Below are positions 12,710 through 25,514 of a DNA stretch of 64,000 nt, piece after piece. This DNA comes from Vicugna vicugna. Its lineage: Eukaryota. The position numbers and the translations under genes are program-made. Numbering within the stretch: the stretch's first letter is position 1; each line of letters opens with the position of its first letter. The notes beneath the pieces are model-generated. The model did no database searches and was not told the DNA's origin. It worked only from the letters and a program-made list of their open reading frames with translations. The DNA lies in NCBI GenBank assembly GCA_013265495.1, contig MU058844.1, positions 12,794,184 through 12,858,183 of the forward strand, written 5' to 3'.

Positions 12710-13105
12710 GGTATGTAATGCTAGTATTAATCGATATTCAGTTCTCTTTCCCTTCTGGGTGCTCTGTGGATTGACTATGTCTCAGCAACCCTGCAACCAG
12801 ATGGGGCTTTGTGACTCAGTCTGGCCAATTAAATATTATGGAATTGACCTGTCAATTTTAGAATGAGGTCATGGAAGGTCCATATGAAACACCCCAGTCT
12901 TTCTTTCCCTACTGGGACAATTATGAAAGAAGACTTATGTTAAGATGGTGACACTACAAGGTTGAAAGAACCCGGATTATCATGGCATTACGTGGACGAC
13001 AGTTGTCTGCAACCAGAGCCAACTTTTTGGAAAAAGAAATAAATCTGTTCAGTTGGACCACTGACTTTCTTTTCCAACTGCAGGATAATTTAGACTGTTC
13101 TAGTT
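12710..13105 (+). mobile_element. MLT1I/J-like LTR
   Basis: 'gatggggctttgtgactcagtctggccaat', 'aagaaataaatctgtt'. Confidence 0.6.
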
Positions 13106-14117
13106 TATCTATCTCATAGATTTGTTTTGATGATCCAATCAGATATTGTATAGGAATTGCTTGTTTGATAAGTAATAAGCACTCAAATGTTATATTTATT
13201 ATACTGAATGAATCATACAGACTTTGCATATAAAACATTGCTCTGCTATTGATCATTATAACAATTCAAAACTCAAACAGCCAAATTAGAGCACCAGGGA
13301 ACTTTTGTTTAAAGTATTCTAACTCTTTAAACTTTTACTTAGAACACTGCTTAATACGCAGTAGGCATTCATGAATAAATGAACAAATTCTTATTTTACT
13401 AATCCTCTAATAATTACTATCATTCTTTTCTGGAGTCTTTTATTCCCTTATGGTCAGACTGTCAAGAATTCATTTTCCATTTCTTTTATGAGACTTAGGT
13501 TCTTATAAAACAACCACTTTTGGGTAGAGTTGCCCTATCAATAATGGGAATTAGGCAGTGATAGCTGCTTACATGTCTTAACACTTTTCTAAATTCAGAA
13601 CAAATTGACAGGGAGTCAGATAGAGAAAAAAATTTTTAAAAAGCTTCTTACTGATAAAGCTGCTTGGACAACATGACTTCAATGTACAGCCACAACCAGG
13701 ATTTTCAGCACCTCTCCCCAGGTCCAAATGGGAGATGACATACCAAATGAAAATTTAGGTTTTCAGGACAGATAAACTTAGACAGAATCAGTTTTACACT
13801 CAGTAAGGTCAACAGTAGAAGGAATGAGAATTAGGCCTCAGGCTTGCTCTAGGAGGTAGGCCTGGGCCCTATTTCACATGTGTCTAGTTTATTACATAGA
13901 ATGAGGAACAGAATAAAACATAATCTGTTGTGGTTAGGTAAATCTGCAAAACATGGCAAGAAAGGGACTGAGACTTATTTTTGTCTTCCTAAATCACCAA
14001 TTAAATAAAACACTCTTTCTACTTATGGAAGGTGGCAGAAATAAAAGTGGAAGTTACTCTTTCCTGAAGTTCTGAAAAAAGCATATAACCTACGTTAAGA
14101 GCCAGGTAAGGGAGCAT

Positions 14118-14990
14118 CTAATCATACAATACAAATATTAACAGATCTAAAGGGAGAAATAGATAGCAATACAATAATAGTAGGGGACTCTTATAGCCTA
14201 TTTTCATCAAAGAATAGATGATCCAGACAGGCCTTAAATGGTATGTTACATCAGATTGAGTTAACAGACCTATAGAAAATTCCATCCAAAAGCAACAGAA
14301 TGCATTCTTCTCAAACACCCAATGAACATTCTCCAGGACAGATCACATGCTAGGCCATACATAATAAATTAAAGAAGATTGAAATCATATAAGCATCTTT
14401 TCTAATCACAATGGTATGAAATGAGCAATCAATTATAGAAAGAGAACTGGAAAATTTACAAATATGTGGGGATTAAACAACATGCTACTGAACAACTGAC
14501 GGGTCAAAGAAGATGTCAAAAGAAAAGTTTTAAAAAGTACCTTGAGAAAAATGAAAATAGAAATAGAATATATCAAAACTTATGGAATGTAGCAATAGCA
14601 GTTGTAAGAGGGAAGTTCAGGGCAATAAATGTCTACATTAAGAAACAAGAAAGATTGGGGGTAAGGGTATATAGCTCAGTGGTAGAGTGTGTGCTTAGCA
14701 TGCACAAGGTCCTGGATTCAATCCCTAGTACTTCCATAAAAAAAAAATAATAAAATAAACAAACCTAATAACCTCCCCCCACCAAAAGAAATTTTTTTAA
14801 AGGACAAAAATAAATTAAAACAAAAGAAACAAGAAAGATCACAAATAAACATCCTAATTTACCCCTCAATAAACTAGAAAAAGAAAAACAAAGCCTAAAA
14901 ATAGTAGAAGGGAACAAAGATCAGAGTGGAAATAAATGATATAGAAACTAAAAAAACAATAGAGAAGATCAATGAAATTAAGAGCTTTTT
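14118..14990 (+). mobile_element. LINE-1 ORF2 fragment (endonuclease C-terminal region and beyond), interrupted by a SINE
   Basis: 'acaataatagtaggggact', 'cattcttctcaaacacccaatgaacattctccaggacagatcacatgctaggcca'; translation KYLEKNEN..YQNLWNVAIAVVRGKFRAINVYIKKQER resembles L1 ORF2. Confidence 0.9.
14656..14823 (+). mobile_element. tRNA-Ala-derived SINE (camelid vic-1-like)
   Basis: Head tagctcagtggtagagtgtgtgcttagcatgcacaaggtcctggattcaatccc (A and B boxes), A-rich tail, perfect 16-bp TSD aagaaacaagaaagat at 14640-14655 and 14824-14839. Confidence 0.92.
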
Positions 14991-15915
14991 TAAAAATGGA
15001 GATAAAACTTACTTATCAGTTTCAAGCGTACAATATAATAATTCAGTGTTTGTATATATTGCAAAATAATACAATAACAACCATCACCACACACAGGTTC
15101 AATTTTTTTCTTATGATGAGAACTTTTAATATCTACTCTCATAGCGACTTCCAAATACACAATACAGTATGATTAGCTATGGTCACCATGCTATACATTA
15201 CATCCCCAGGACTTATTTATTTTATAACTAGAAGTTTGTACCTTTTGATCACCTTCACACACTTCGTCCATCCCCACTCCCTGCCTCTGGCACTCTGGCA
15301 ACCACCAATCTGTTCTATGTATGAGTTTGGGTGTTTTTTTTTATTTTTAGATTCTACATATAAATGAGATCATATGGTATTTATTTTTCTCCATCTGACT
15401 TATTTCACTTAGCACAATATCTTCGAGATCTATTCACGTTGTCACAAATGTCAGGATTTCCTTCTTTCTTATAGCACATTTTCTTTACCTATTCATCCAG
15501 CAGTGGACACTTAGGTTGTTTCCATGCCTTGGCTATTGTAAATAATACTGCGGTAAACATGGAGGTGCAGATATCTTTTTCAATTTGTTATTCATTTTCT
15601 TCAGATAAATTTTCAGAAGTGGAATTGCCGGGTCATATGGTAGTTACCAATTTTAATTTTTTGAGAAAACTCCATACTGTTTTCCACAGTAGCTGCATCA
15701 ATTACATTCCTACATGAGGGTTCCCTTTTTTCCACATCCTTGGCAACACTTGTTATTTCTTGTTTTTAATAATAGCCATTCCAACAGGTTTTAAGTGGTA
15801 TCTCTGTGGTTTTGATTTGTATTTCCCTGATGATTAGTGATACTGAGCATCTTTTCATGTATATACTGGCCATCCATATGTCTTCTTAAAAAAAGTCTAT
15901 TCAGATCCTCTCTCC
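14991..15915 (-). mobile_element. LINE-1 3' fragment (L1MA9-like)
   Basis: Antisense L1 3'UTR and ORF2 end ('gtcaccatgctatacattacatccccaggacttattt', 'tggttttgatttgtatttccctgatgattagtga'). Confidence 0.88.
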
Positions 15916-15919
15916 AATC

Positions 15920-16460
15920 TTCCCAATGTCTGAAGTCAGAACTTGAAAATAATTATTGATCTTCCCTTCTTCAACCCCTAAATCAAGCTAACAACAAAAC
16001 CTATCCTTTCTTGCGGGGGAGGTTATAGCTCAAGTGGTAGACTGCATGCTTAACATGCACAAGGTCCTGGGTTCAATCCCCAGCACGTTCTCTAAATAAA
16101 TTAAACAAACAAACAAACAAACAAACTTAATTATCTTCCCCCTCAAAGAAAAAAAAAAAAACAACCAAACAAAAAAACCTATCCTTTCTCCAAAACATAG
16201 CTTCATCCTATTTTAGGTCACATTTAGCTCTTGCCTGGGCTTTTGCACTAATCTCCTATCTCTTTGCTTTCTCTTTTACCCTCCTTCAGTCTTCTACAGA
16301 GAAGCTATCTTTTTAATAAGCAGTTTTGATCAGTTCACTTACCTGCTAAAAACAGTCCAGTCGTTTCCTATTGCACTCCAAATAAAATCTAAAACTCTAA
16401 CCATGCCATGTAACTTCCTACAGAATCTGGCCTCTATTTACTTCTTCATTTTAATTTCTA
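15920..16460 (+). mobile_element. LINE-2 fragment interrupted by a SINE
   Basis: 'gatcagttcacttacctgctaaaaacagtccagtcgtttcctattgcactccaaataaaatctaaaactct'. Confidence 0.65.
16012..16173 (+). mobile_element. tRNA-Ala-derived SINE (camelid vic-1-like)
   Basis: ggggaggttatagctcaagtggtagactgcatgcttaacatgcacaaggtcctgggttcaatcccc; (AAAC)n and A tail; perfect 16-bp TSD aaaacctatcctttct at 15996-16011 and 16174-16189. Confidence 0.92.
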
Positions 16461-16554
16461 GCCATGCCTATTTTACTCAGGATAGTATATATTCATTCCC
16501 TATCATAATCTGACTCTCAGAAGGCACTCAGTAACCACTGAAAAATCAATGCAT

Positions 16555-16970
16555 AAATGGAGATAATGACTTAAGTTTTAGACATATTTGAAGTAAAATG
16601 TCTAATGAGATTATAATAATTAGTGATTCTTTATATGATTACATTACACAGGAGAGAGGATTAGGCTAGAAATATATATTTGATAGATTAAAAAGAGTTA
16701 GAACACAAAATCTATTTCTCCTCCCTTTTCTATGAAGAAGATATGGAGTGAAAAAAGAAGAGGCCTGAGTATGGAATTTGGGAGCAATTAAAGAAAGAGC
16801 AGAGAAAGATAAACTTGCAAAGGAGACTAAGAAAGAGTCAGAAAAATAGGTGGAAAACTAAGAAAATATGATGACATAAATAAAAACTAAAGAAGAGAAT
16901 TTCTGCCCAAAGGCAAAAAAGAGACAGAGAAAGAAGTTGTCAATTGGTGATGATAGTAAGGTGAAAAGTC
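16555..16970 (-). mobile_element. LINE-2 fragment
   Basis: Purine-rich antisense L2 ('aagttttagacatattt', 'gcaaaggagactaagaaagagtcagaaaaataggtggaaaac'). Confidence 0.6.
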
Positions 16971-18479
16971 TGTGTGGATCTAGTGCTAAGGCAGCCCTTC
17001 CAAGCCATAGGTGAGACGCACAGATAAAGGTAATTAGCAGGCAAAGAGAGGCTTTGAAGAAGTAACTAGATAGGCTGGTGCCCTGGCAATCTCCCAAGCT
17101 GGAACGTACAGTCTCGTGTTGACAATGATTCAGAAGCTGTATGTAGGCTCAGTAGGAAATAGTGATTTTTTATGCATGTTAGAAAGTTGAAACTATATAT
17201 AAGCAAAATAGGAAAATAAAAACTACAGTATTCTCTATTCAGAGTTTACCGCTGTTAACAGCTTATCATATATCTTTCTGTATCTTTATCTTTACATAGG
17301 CATATAAATATGTATTTTTAACCAAAGTGGTATCATACTCGATGTCCAATTTTGTAACCTAGCTACCTTTTTAAAATTAACAATCTCTACCTTTTCATAT
17401 CAATACATTTTCATCTTACCTAAAAACTCAAATTCAGATTTTCCCATTTGTCTCCAAAATATCTTTACTCTGAAAAGAGTAACTAAAACTTGAAAAATTA
17501 TTTTTCCTTTCCTGTAGGAACCATATTTCAGGGTAACCAAAGAGTTCCAGGTAATAAAGGCAAGCTCTAGTTTACTGAATAAGGTCAGAATATAGAAAGA
17601 ATGAGGAAATTAGAATTATATTACAATTCTTATTGAAATTATTGGTTCTTGTTAGGGTTTTTAACGGGTATCAAAGGATGAGCTTTATGTTTGAAGGGGA
17701 AGTAGACATTCGTATAGTGTTAAAGTAATATCATATAAATTATTCCTTAGTCACAAGTTTATAAAGTTGGGATAAGACTGCCATGTCATTAATTCTGTTA
17801 TCAGTCTAAGCATCAATGATTGTCATCAATCAAACAGCATGAAAGATGTTATAGAAAAATATACTACATTACCTATAAATATTCTAGTCAAAATGTTTAT
17901 CTTGAATTGATCAACACATTTAATACTTTCAAAGAAAGATTTCAAATAGCCATTTTTACGTCTATCAAAAGTCATAGATAAGATGTTCTGGGTTGCTAAC
18001 TGGGAAGGCAAAAAAATAAGGAAATGTATGCATTTGTGCTTAAAGACTAATTTTGTTTTACTATGATTCACTGTACTTAAGAAAGAAGTATGGCAAGATG
18101 TGACTGGCTTAGAGTGTTGACTCCACTTATCTTAAGAGGTGGTCTGGTTGGAAGCCTTACTTGAATGGAAAACACAACTCTGAAATTGAGTCTATTTCCT
18201 GGTTGCTGAAGAAGTGGCTTTCACTCTTACATCACATGTGAGATCGATGTGTCCAGATTCTAAAATAAATTGAAGATTGTCCAGATTCTTAAATAAATCT
18301 GTTCTCATGGCCTGACGTTATGCTCCTCTATGTATATTTCATAATTCTCAGAAGTAGGCCAGTTGCTGCAAAAGCTTTGGTATCAATGGAAGGTTGGTAG
18401 AGTGTATAGTCTATGTATAATTTTCTTACAACTGAGTAGAGCAATATTGTGCAGAATGTCATAGTCTCAAAAGATAGTA

Positions 18480-18690
18480 ATCAACAATTCATATTTCTTG
18501 AGTTCTGTAATTCTTCTAACAACATTGTAAAACGGATTTTTTTTCCAACTCCACCTTACAGATGAGGAAAAGAGCCTTGTAAGGTTAGTTATTTAAATGT
18601 TAGTTAGTTAGTATAAATGATACGGCTAGGATTAGAACTGAGATCTGACTTCAGAGTTGGAGCTCAACTCCGATACACTACACTACTTCA
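18480..18690 (-). mobile_element. MIR SINE
   Basis: 'ttacagatgaggaaaa', 'ggctaggattagaactgagatctgacttcagag'. Confidence 0.6.
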
Positions 18691-19439
18691 GTGAGTCAAA
18701 TTTGTATTAATAAACTTTATAATATTGATTGAAGTGATTTTTGAGAATTTTCTGGACCTAACAGTAATACTGACTCATAACAGTTTCTAAATTATCACCT
18801 CTAACCTAATAGGAACATCTATGCATGAAATGAAAGTTCTTTGTTCTTGTCATATAATAAGCACTGAAGGAATAAAACATTAACAGAATACTTCTGACTT
18901 TTTTTCAGATGTCAGTACTATTCAAAGCAGAGCCTAAACTTTTACTTGACATTTTTTGCTACTTTTTATGAACTCGACAGTTGTGCATTTGGAATCTGTT
19001 CAAATTCTATTTGTAGCTGAATCATGTGAATGACAAGGAGATCAGTGCATCTGCTTCTTAGCCTCTCCAGAGTAATCTGTATTTGCAGAATGCCTTGTAT
19101 AAATCTGAACATATTAACATGCTCAATCAGATTTAGTGACCACAGGTTATATTATGTTAGGATTTTCAAAGTGGTTTAATAGAGGTTTGGAGCAAATAAT
19201 AGGTAGCATGAGTTGCTTCTGATTTGAAAACTTTTCCTCAAACACATCATAGACATGATAAAGAGGAAATGATTACTGTATTTGGGTAAGGGTAGAAAAT
19301 AAGTAATAGTTGTACAGTACATTCCCACTAACCTGACCTATAGGTAGAGAAAAGAAAGTAATATATTTCAAAGGTTTTTTTTTTCTAAAGAAGGGACACA
19401 GTTATAGTTTAGAGTATGTGCCTCTAAGAAATGAGACAT

Positions 19440-19745
19440 TAAAAAAATATATAATCACATACCATTACCACACCTAAAACAATTAATAATTCCTTAATAT
19501 CATGTAATATGCAGTCAGTATTAAAATTTTCCTGATTGTCTCACTAATGTCTTTTTATAAAAGTAGTTTGTTTGAATCAGAATCTAAAAAGGTCCATATA
19601 TTGCATTTGGTTGATGTCTGATAAATCTCTTTTAATCCATAACAGTGCCCTCCTTTTTTTAGCTTGTCTTTCTTTGTGAATAAAGGTCATTATCTTCTAG
19701 AATTTTCCCTGTTCTTAGTTTAGATCATTGTATTTATATAGTGTA
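19440..19745 (-). mobile_element. Old LINE-1 3'UTR fragment (L1MC4/5-like)
   Basis: 'ccattaccacacctaaaacaattaataattccttaatatca', 'ttgtttgaatcagaatctaaaaaggtccatatattgcatttggttgat'. Confidence 0.65.
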
Positions 19746-22700
19746 CTCTTTTGTAATAATTTAAGGGAGGGGGTAGGATAAGAATGTAAACGATGTCAGG
19801 TCCAAGACTATCTGCTAACAGCAAAAGGAAGTTAGTGGGAAGTAATTAACAATGACAGACCACCAGAGGTGATCTCTAGAAAGGAGCTGACACTCAGAAT
19901 GTAATTAAATGGAGCTGTGCCAACTCCAGTCCATTTCCAGGAGGGGGTTACAATGATTAATGGTTAAAGGAAATGACTGGAGGAATGGCATTGGAAGTCA
20001 GGTCTCAACTGTGTCTGTTAGAATACCAGGCAAAAGTAAAGCTCCCACAGGAACTGACTGAAAACAATTAAAGGAGAATCAATCAGACCTAGAACAGAGG
20101 GATGAACGTGACTGGAACACACAAGACAGACAGAGTATAGGTTAGGTACCTTTTTACTCTACTTTGCCATATCTGGGGACCAGTGTTCTAGATGGGTAGG
20201 AGAGACACTAAATACCGAGGATATCTGGTAGAAGATATCTAGGTTAGGTAGGACCTGCCCTTGTTGGGGGGACTGGGGGGGTAGATGGTTGCTACCTGAT
20301 AATGTTGGTGCATAGCACCTTCACTCCCAGCAGAGAACAGCAGAAAGGTCAGTTTTGAAACGCTGTTAGTTTATAGGGTGAGATCTCTTGCTAGCTTCCC
20401 ATTCATTTCAGGAAAGAGGTGGAGTAACCTATGGATTCTTGGTAATTTTTTTTCTCTTTTTTTGTAAATAGGATGTACCTCTGACCCAGTAAAAATGATA
20501 CCTTATTAAATTGAAAAAATTAAGGCACAATTTGGTTCATACAAACTGAATTACTTGTGACCACTCAGAAAGTTTAATATAAATACAGGTTGGACAAAGT
20601 TAACTGGAAAAATCCATACTAGTAATATATAATCTTTTATATGTTAAAAGATATAAAGAAATAAAAGTCATTTGGACGTTCTTCAGTGAAATCATAGTTT
20701 TATCAAGAAAGTATTATAGAAATAAGCATATTTTGAATAATCTCATGTAATTGAGGAAAAGAGTAAAGCTTTGGTAAAAAAAATAAGGTGTAATTTCTTT
20801 GCATTTTAGTTATCACAATTTTGAAAATTTAAGGGATTGTGTGTTCTGTGTTTTCCATGTTTACGTAATTGTGATAAACAGCATTTTATAGACTCTTCTA
20901 AAATAGAAATGAAAAACACTGTTTACAACTGGGAATGTGTAGTCTGGTAGTTATCAGAAAGAAAGGGGTTCTTCTTCTTTTAAAAATTTATTTGGAGTTT
21001 AGGGTGCCCTCTGAGCTGAACTAAAACTCAGGCATCAATCCTCACACCTGAGCATAAATTTATATCTATTTCCAGAGATGGTGTTAAAAGTCACAGCATG
21101 CACCTCATTTTTGAATAGGCGATGTGGGTGGAAGAGTAGGCAGAGCTTTTCAATAAGACTTCATTGTCCTTAACCTATGAATGCATAATTATATAATTTG
21201 TTATGATGAACTTTCATTTTTAGACTTCTGTGGTGGGAATCATTAATGCTTCATAGTTATGTGAAAAATAGTATATAATTCTGCTTCTTATTACTCTAAC
21301 TCATGATCTCCTAAATACATGATAATTTCTTAGTCTGGTTATTAATAAGTCATCCTCATTGGTACATTATGCAAATTTGAACTAAGAATGTCATTATGAA
21401 GAAAAACACTTAAAATGCTGCACCAGTACAGTTATTTAAAAAGAGAATACCAATAAAATATTAATACAATTTTACCTATATGGATGAGAAAAGAGGGGGA
21501 AGAAAGGAAATGTTTAGTGCTTTTTTGTTCTTAAAGGCATTTACTAGATGGAGATAATAACACAAATGGGTGACATACTTGGTCTGACAAAGTCTGTTTA
21601 ACAGTAGGTGTAAAGTGAGAATCTGACTAGACTTATTCTGCTGTTAGGCATATGAGTGATTATTTTTTCTTTTAAAAATGTTATTAAAATATTTTTAACA
21701 ATTCTTACTGTTTTGCATAGTCAATACATTTTAGATTTATGCAAATATTTACCACTTCAATGCTTTTCCTTTAGTCTCAATTCTCAGACCTCCCATTTGG
21801 GATCATTTTATTTTTACCTGAAAAGAGAAATTTCTTTAGACTTTGTTAGTGAGAACCTATTAGTAGCAAATTCTGCTCTTGCTTGCTTAAAAATGCCTTT
21901 ATTTTTGCCTCATTCTTGAAAGATCTTTTCACTGGGTATTGAATTCTAGGCTGTCATCTTCTTTTAGCCCATTGAAGATACTATTCCATCTTCTTTTGGT
22001 TTCTGTTGTTACTGACGAAAAGTTAGTTATCAGACACTTTTGAGGATAATCTGTACTTTTTTTCCTCTGCTACTTTTAAAGTTTTCTTTTTTGTTTATGG
22101 TGCTCTAGAATTTCACTATAAGGTACCTAAGTGTGAATTTATTATTCTTTAACTTGTGTGGGATTTAAAATAAGTCTGTAAGTTGGAGTCTTTCATCAGT
22201 TCTGGAAAGTTCTCATCCATTATCTTGTCAAATACTGCCTCTGCCCCATTTTCTCTTCCCTATTCTTCTGGAGCTACAATTAGAATTATTTTAGATCTTC
22301 TCAAAATGTTGTCTATGTCAGTTAAAGTCTCTCATACTTTTCATTTCTTTTTCTTTTTCTGTTGCATTTGCGATAATTTCTTCATCCCTATTTCCCAGTT
22401 CACTAAATTGTACTTCTTCTGTGTCAAATAGACTATTAAACTTGCCCACTGAATTTTAAATTTTAATATTTTATATTTTTCAATTCACTAAGTTCAATTT
22501 TTTCAAATATCTTCAGTAATTCTTTATAGTTTCTTGTTCTCTGTACATATTTTCAAGCTTATTTTTATATTGCCTTATTTATACTTTATATATTTCTAAG
22601 TAAAATTTATTTTAGTAATTTCAGTATCTGAAGCCATTTTAAATCTGTTGCTGCTATCTTATGTTTGTATTGTTTTTCACTAATGGTGTCTTATTTTCTT

Positions 22701-22787
22701 TTGTGCTTGTTATTTTTAAAAGGTGAGCTGCTCATTTTCCTCAGAATTTTATTTATAAGCATCCTTGAAGGCTTAAGATTAAGATGA

Positions 22788-22927
22788 CTGAAAAATTGCG
22801 CTGAACACTGGAATTTGACACAACACTGTAAAATGATTATGAATCAATAAAAAATGTAAAAAAAAAAAAGAGGAAGAGATAAGTCTTCTTAAATAATTAA
22901 TAAATTATAAAGCTGTAAAAAAAAAAA
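22788..22927 (+). mobile_element. Very short young L1 3'-end insertion with two A-tails (probable 3' transduction)
   Basis: L1 tail 'gctgaacactggaatttgacacaacactgtaaaatgattatgaatcaataaaa', A-tract, 47 nt of extra sequence with AATAAA, second A-tract; 13-bp TSD aagattaagatga at 22775-22787 and 22928-22940. Confidence 0.85.
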
Positions 22928-23241
22928 AAGATTAAGATGAGCTCCTCCAGAGAGGATTGGCATTTGCTTCTGCCAGATGTCTGAGAGCACTATCAATCAA
23001 AAATAATTACTAATTAAATTATCAGTTTAAGATGTGTTAGGATCATCTAGGTAGTACGAACTCAAGTTACATTTTTGTGTGAGAGCTAGACTGACTCCAA
23101 ATTCTCAGATATGATTTTGCTTTTCCCTTGATCATAGGTGCTAAAGTTTAAGACACTAAATTTTCTTTGTAGACTTGGGGCTGGTAAAGGGGAAGTTTAT
23201 TTCTAGTACCTGATTATACTGAATGAATAATCCCCAGGACT

Positions 23242-23246
<5 letters not shown>

Positions 23247-23275
<29 letters not shown>
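23247..23275. repeat. (CT)n microsatellite
   Basis: Directly visible. Confidence 0.9.
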
Positions 23276-23279
<4 letters not shown>

Positions 23280-23849
23280 ATAAGGCAGGTCATGGGTTTT
23301 GTCTCTAATAAGAGCATAAAAAGCTCATGTTAACTGGGTTCGGCAAATGCCCAAGGGCTAAAGGTTGGCTTTAGGCTCTGCTCAACTCTCTGGTTTCTGC
23401 CTTCATTTAGTATTTTTGATCTAATAATTTCTTACTTTATTGCCAGTTAATTAATGTATTTAATAAGATTTAAAAAATATTTTCCCAGAAATTTGTTTTC
23501 CGTGTGATCACTGACTGAAGTACCTAGTCTATGATACTGCGAGGAAAAAAAAGCCTGTATTCTTCTTTACAGCTTATTATTCCAATTTTCCTGGAGGGAT
23601 ATTTCCTTAAAATATATAATAGTAAACAGAAATGCTTAAAATCAATATGCAAGTATTTTGCAAGCAAATCTGTAGATTTTAGGAATACACTCATTTTTAA
23701 CATAAATTTTAGTTGGCTGTTTATCAAATATCTGCTTGACTATTTTATAGATGTGTATTCTTTTATTTTATTAAATAGAAGTTTAAATATTGTTCTATAG
23801 TGCATTTCATCTTTGAACCACTGATCTGTTAGGTCAAATTCAGTTTAGA

Positions 23850-24185
23850 AGATCTGCAAAATTATGCTATATAACAATTTCAAAAATCTCTGTGATTTAG
23901 AACAAATATTTATGTTTTATTCTTGTTTCATGTTAGTAGCTGCAGGTCAGCTGATGCAGTACTGCTCTCTGAGGTAAAGGTCAATTTCAGGTCTGTTCCA
24001 CATATTTTCTTATTTTGAAACCCTATTTTGAACAAGCTTTTCTCATGACAGGCAGCACAAGACTAAGAGAATGGCCTGAATGCTGCAGTAAAATTTATTA
24101 AAGAAGTTAGCATGTGTCACATCCACTCACAAATAATTGGCTAGAGCAAGGAGTATGACCAAAAGTAATAATACAATCTACCACA
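23850..24185 (-). mobile_element. MLT1J/K-like LTR
   Basis: 'aaaatctctgtgatttagaacaaatatttat', 'tgtcacatccactcacaaataattggctagagcaag', end 'acaatctaccaca'. Confidence 0.55.
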
Positions 24186-24864
24186 GTCTTCAGAGTTGTG
24201 CTGAATACCTTATGTTTGTGGTTGCTTTCAATTTCAGTCTTCTTCTAGAAAATGAGGATTTTAACCTAAAATCCTCTTTAGTAAACTTTGGCAACATAAG
24301 TGTCTAAATGGAAGGCTAAAGGAGGAAAAAATACCTCAAGCAAAATTTCTCACATTCTAGGTCAGAGTTTTCTGCGGGAAAGATAATCATGCCTGTCGGT
24401 GCTTAAACTGATTTGGAAAAAAGAACTTCTCATTCTTAGAAATGTATAATTAATTAAACACTAGGCAAAAAGGATGAATTCTCATTGGAGTTTAAATTGG
24501 TTGCAATAAAAAGTTTTAGTTTAAAATACTATTCTTAAAATCATTTTAAGAGTAGCAAATTTGCAGTGTCTCTTAACAGCAAATGGAAGTTATCAAATAT
24601 TTTTCAGTTACAGTGCAAGATCCCATATTATACTTCTGCTTATGTTGTGATTACACTGAAAATGCTAGATTGAATGACTACTTCCTGGAATCATGGAATA
24701 TCAGATTTAGAAGGATCTGAAAAGCATATATTTTTCAACTGTAGTGTATTGATAAACCATTTTGCTGCAATCAATTGTGAGGTATGTTAAAATCATTAGT
24801 TACTCATGACAAGTAACTATTACCAGTGGTAGTTAAAATATAGAAGATTATGGAGGATTATACT

Positions 24865-25514
24865 TGAAACTGAGTAGAACCCTACAAGGCTTTCCCAGAG
24901 ACAGACCCCTGCATCCCACCTTCTACAAATAAGACTTACCTCTTGTTTATTGAAAACCTTTAGCTTTTTAGGCCTTCCCCAAGTTCCAAAGAGCAAATTA
25001 ATCAGAGAAATGAGAAAATGCAGAAACAAAGGAAAACAGTCAAGCAAGATAAAATAATAGTTCAGCCATAAAACAAAGTCAAGGACCTTTAGTTCTTCCT
25101 CAAGGGCTATAGATAATATCTTGAGCCATAACCTTGAGTTGTTTTACAGATACTAAAAACCCCACCAGGTAGAAGTTAACTGCCAACCACCAGCTCTTAG
25201 ACCCCAGATCTGTTGAAATCAGGATGATGATGTCGACTCCCCAAAATACTATCCTGTTACTTCACCAACCAATCAGAAGGATGTCCTCAAGCTGATCAGG
25301 CACACCCTATGACCCTCTCCCTCACTTTGCCTTTAAAAATCCTTCCCTGTAAACCAGCGGGGAGTCCGGCTCTTTCGAGCTTGAGCTGCCCATTCTCTTG
25401 CTTGGTCCCAGCTGGGTCCCTTGCAATACGCTGTACTTTCCTTCACCACAACCTGGTGTCAGTATATTCGCTTTCCGCACGTGGGAGAGCAGCTCCAAGT
25501 TTGGTTCGGTTACA
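24865..25514 (+). mobile_element. Solo LTR, ERV1-class (650 bp)
   Basis: TGAAAC...GTTACA termini, perfect 4-bp TSD tact (24861-24864 / 25515-25518), CCAAT motif at ~25269, TATA-like ctttaaaaa at ~25331. Confidence 0.85.

Larger units (their letters stand above)
21700..23530 (-). mobile_element. Old LINE-1/HAL1 ORF1-region fragment
   Basis: 'cctcattcttgaaagatcttttcactgggtattgaattctagg', 'tctggaaagttctcatccattatcttgtcaaatactgcctctgccccattttctct'. Confidence 0.7.

Noticed and set aside
14665..14736. tRNA-Ala(AGC)-like gene (also ~16020-16090)
   Set aside because: A-rich tail, TSDs and stem mismatches show these are SINE heads, not tRNA genes
14118..15915. Adjacent opposite-strand L1 pieces as a twin-priming 5' inversion
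   Set aside because: The 3' tail of the minus-strand piece lies at the internal junction rather than the outer end, and there is no shared TSD; two independent insertions are more likely
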